NCBI GenBank assembly: GCA_023247155.1
Contig: JAHFGZ010000001.1
Span: 20,540 to 63,362, forward strand
Length of the DNA stretch: 42,823 bases
From: Candidatus Omnitrophota bacterium
GTDB taxonomy: Bacteria > Omnitrophota > Gorgyraeia > Aquiviventales > Aquiviventaceae
Direction of reading: 5' to 3'
Part shown: positions 42,522 through 42,823 of the stretch, piece by piece
How the letters are laid out: each line of letters opens with the position of its first letter
Numbering within the stretch: the first letter of the stretch is position 1
Program-made: the position numbers and the translations under genes
Notes under the pieces: generated by a model
The model's database searches: none
What the model was told of the DNA's origin: nothing
The model's input: the letters and a program-made list of their open reading frames with translations, nothing else

Positions 42522-42823
42522 AGGTGAGGAACGTGAGCTCGCGCGGCCGGCCGTCCTGCACAAACCGGAGCCGGACTTCAATGGCTTTCAGGCGGCTTTT
42601 GTCCACGAGGTCCTGGGGGGCCGGCTGGCTGATGCGCGTCGTCACGTCAAACCCGTCCTCCTCCGCCGTCGTCTCCCCCTCCGCGAGCGCCTCCCAGGGC
42701 TCCAGCTTCAGCGACTCGATGGTGCGCTGCGCCACCAGGGCGGCCCGGCTGTGCCGCTCGGCGCGCAGCGACGCCCGCAGCCCCATCGGGAACACCCGCA
42801 TCGCGCCGACGAGCCCCACCGAC
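42505..42823 (-). CDS. GspI-like minor pseudopilin, C-terminal part (N-terminus beyond the window)
   Basis: The frame is open to the window end. ...FPMGLRASLRAERHSRAALVAQRTIESLK...LKAIEVRLRFVQDGRPRELTFLTYV resembles the GspI fold pattern. Precedes the gspJ/K-like genes. Confidence 0.55.
   Translation of the reverse strand, partial: SVGLVGAMRVFPMGLRASLRAERHSRAALVAQRTIESLKLEPWEALAEGETTAEEDGFDVTTRISQPAPQDLVDKSRLKAIEVRLRFVQDGRPRELTFLTYVRQD

Overview
High-GC bacterial chromosomal segment. Every feature I can support (2 tRNAs and about 38 CDS) lies on the minus strand, and the long plus-strand ORFs in the track look like antisense shadows. Many genes are joined by 1-4 nt stop/start overlaps. Reading in the direction of transcription (high to low coordinates): (1) 42.8-27.5 kb holds an atypical pilus/T2SS-like envelope machine. 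It has GspI- and GspJ-like pseudopilins, a ~1000-aa GspK-like pseudopilin with a lamin-tail-like insert, an Ig-repeat secreted protein, a PilM-PilN fusion, PilO-like and PilP-like proteins, a 574-aa periplasmic coiled-coil protein and two tandem paralogous secretins, followed by a LacI-family regulator. Its ATPase, platform and major pseudopilin genes are not in the window. (2) A Rossmann-fold protein-bioF-bioD cluster with no bioA. (3) A coiled-coil protein, aroA, and mreB-mreC-mreD-mrdA-rodA. (4) A complete type IVa pilus locus: a promoter and GEMM-I (c-di-GMP) riboswitch with a terminator platform, then RHH protein-pilT-stand-alone MshEN protein-pilB-pilB-pilC; then a promoter, a ~200-nt structured leader with an intrinsic terminator, the pilin gene, pilM-N-O-P-Q and a small secreted protein. 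(5) cvpA-dnaG-rpoD, a tRNA-Met and a partial tRNA. Two families of short palindromic repeats sit exactly at gene junctions, one showing compensatory stem substitutions, and there are two large intergenic inverted repeats. No transposase, integrase, CRISPR array or rRNA was seen. The most interesting items are the two-layer c-di-GMP control of the pilus motor operon (riboswitch plus stand-alone MshEN receptor), the double-secretin/giant-GspK machine, and the junction-located palindromic elements.
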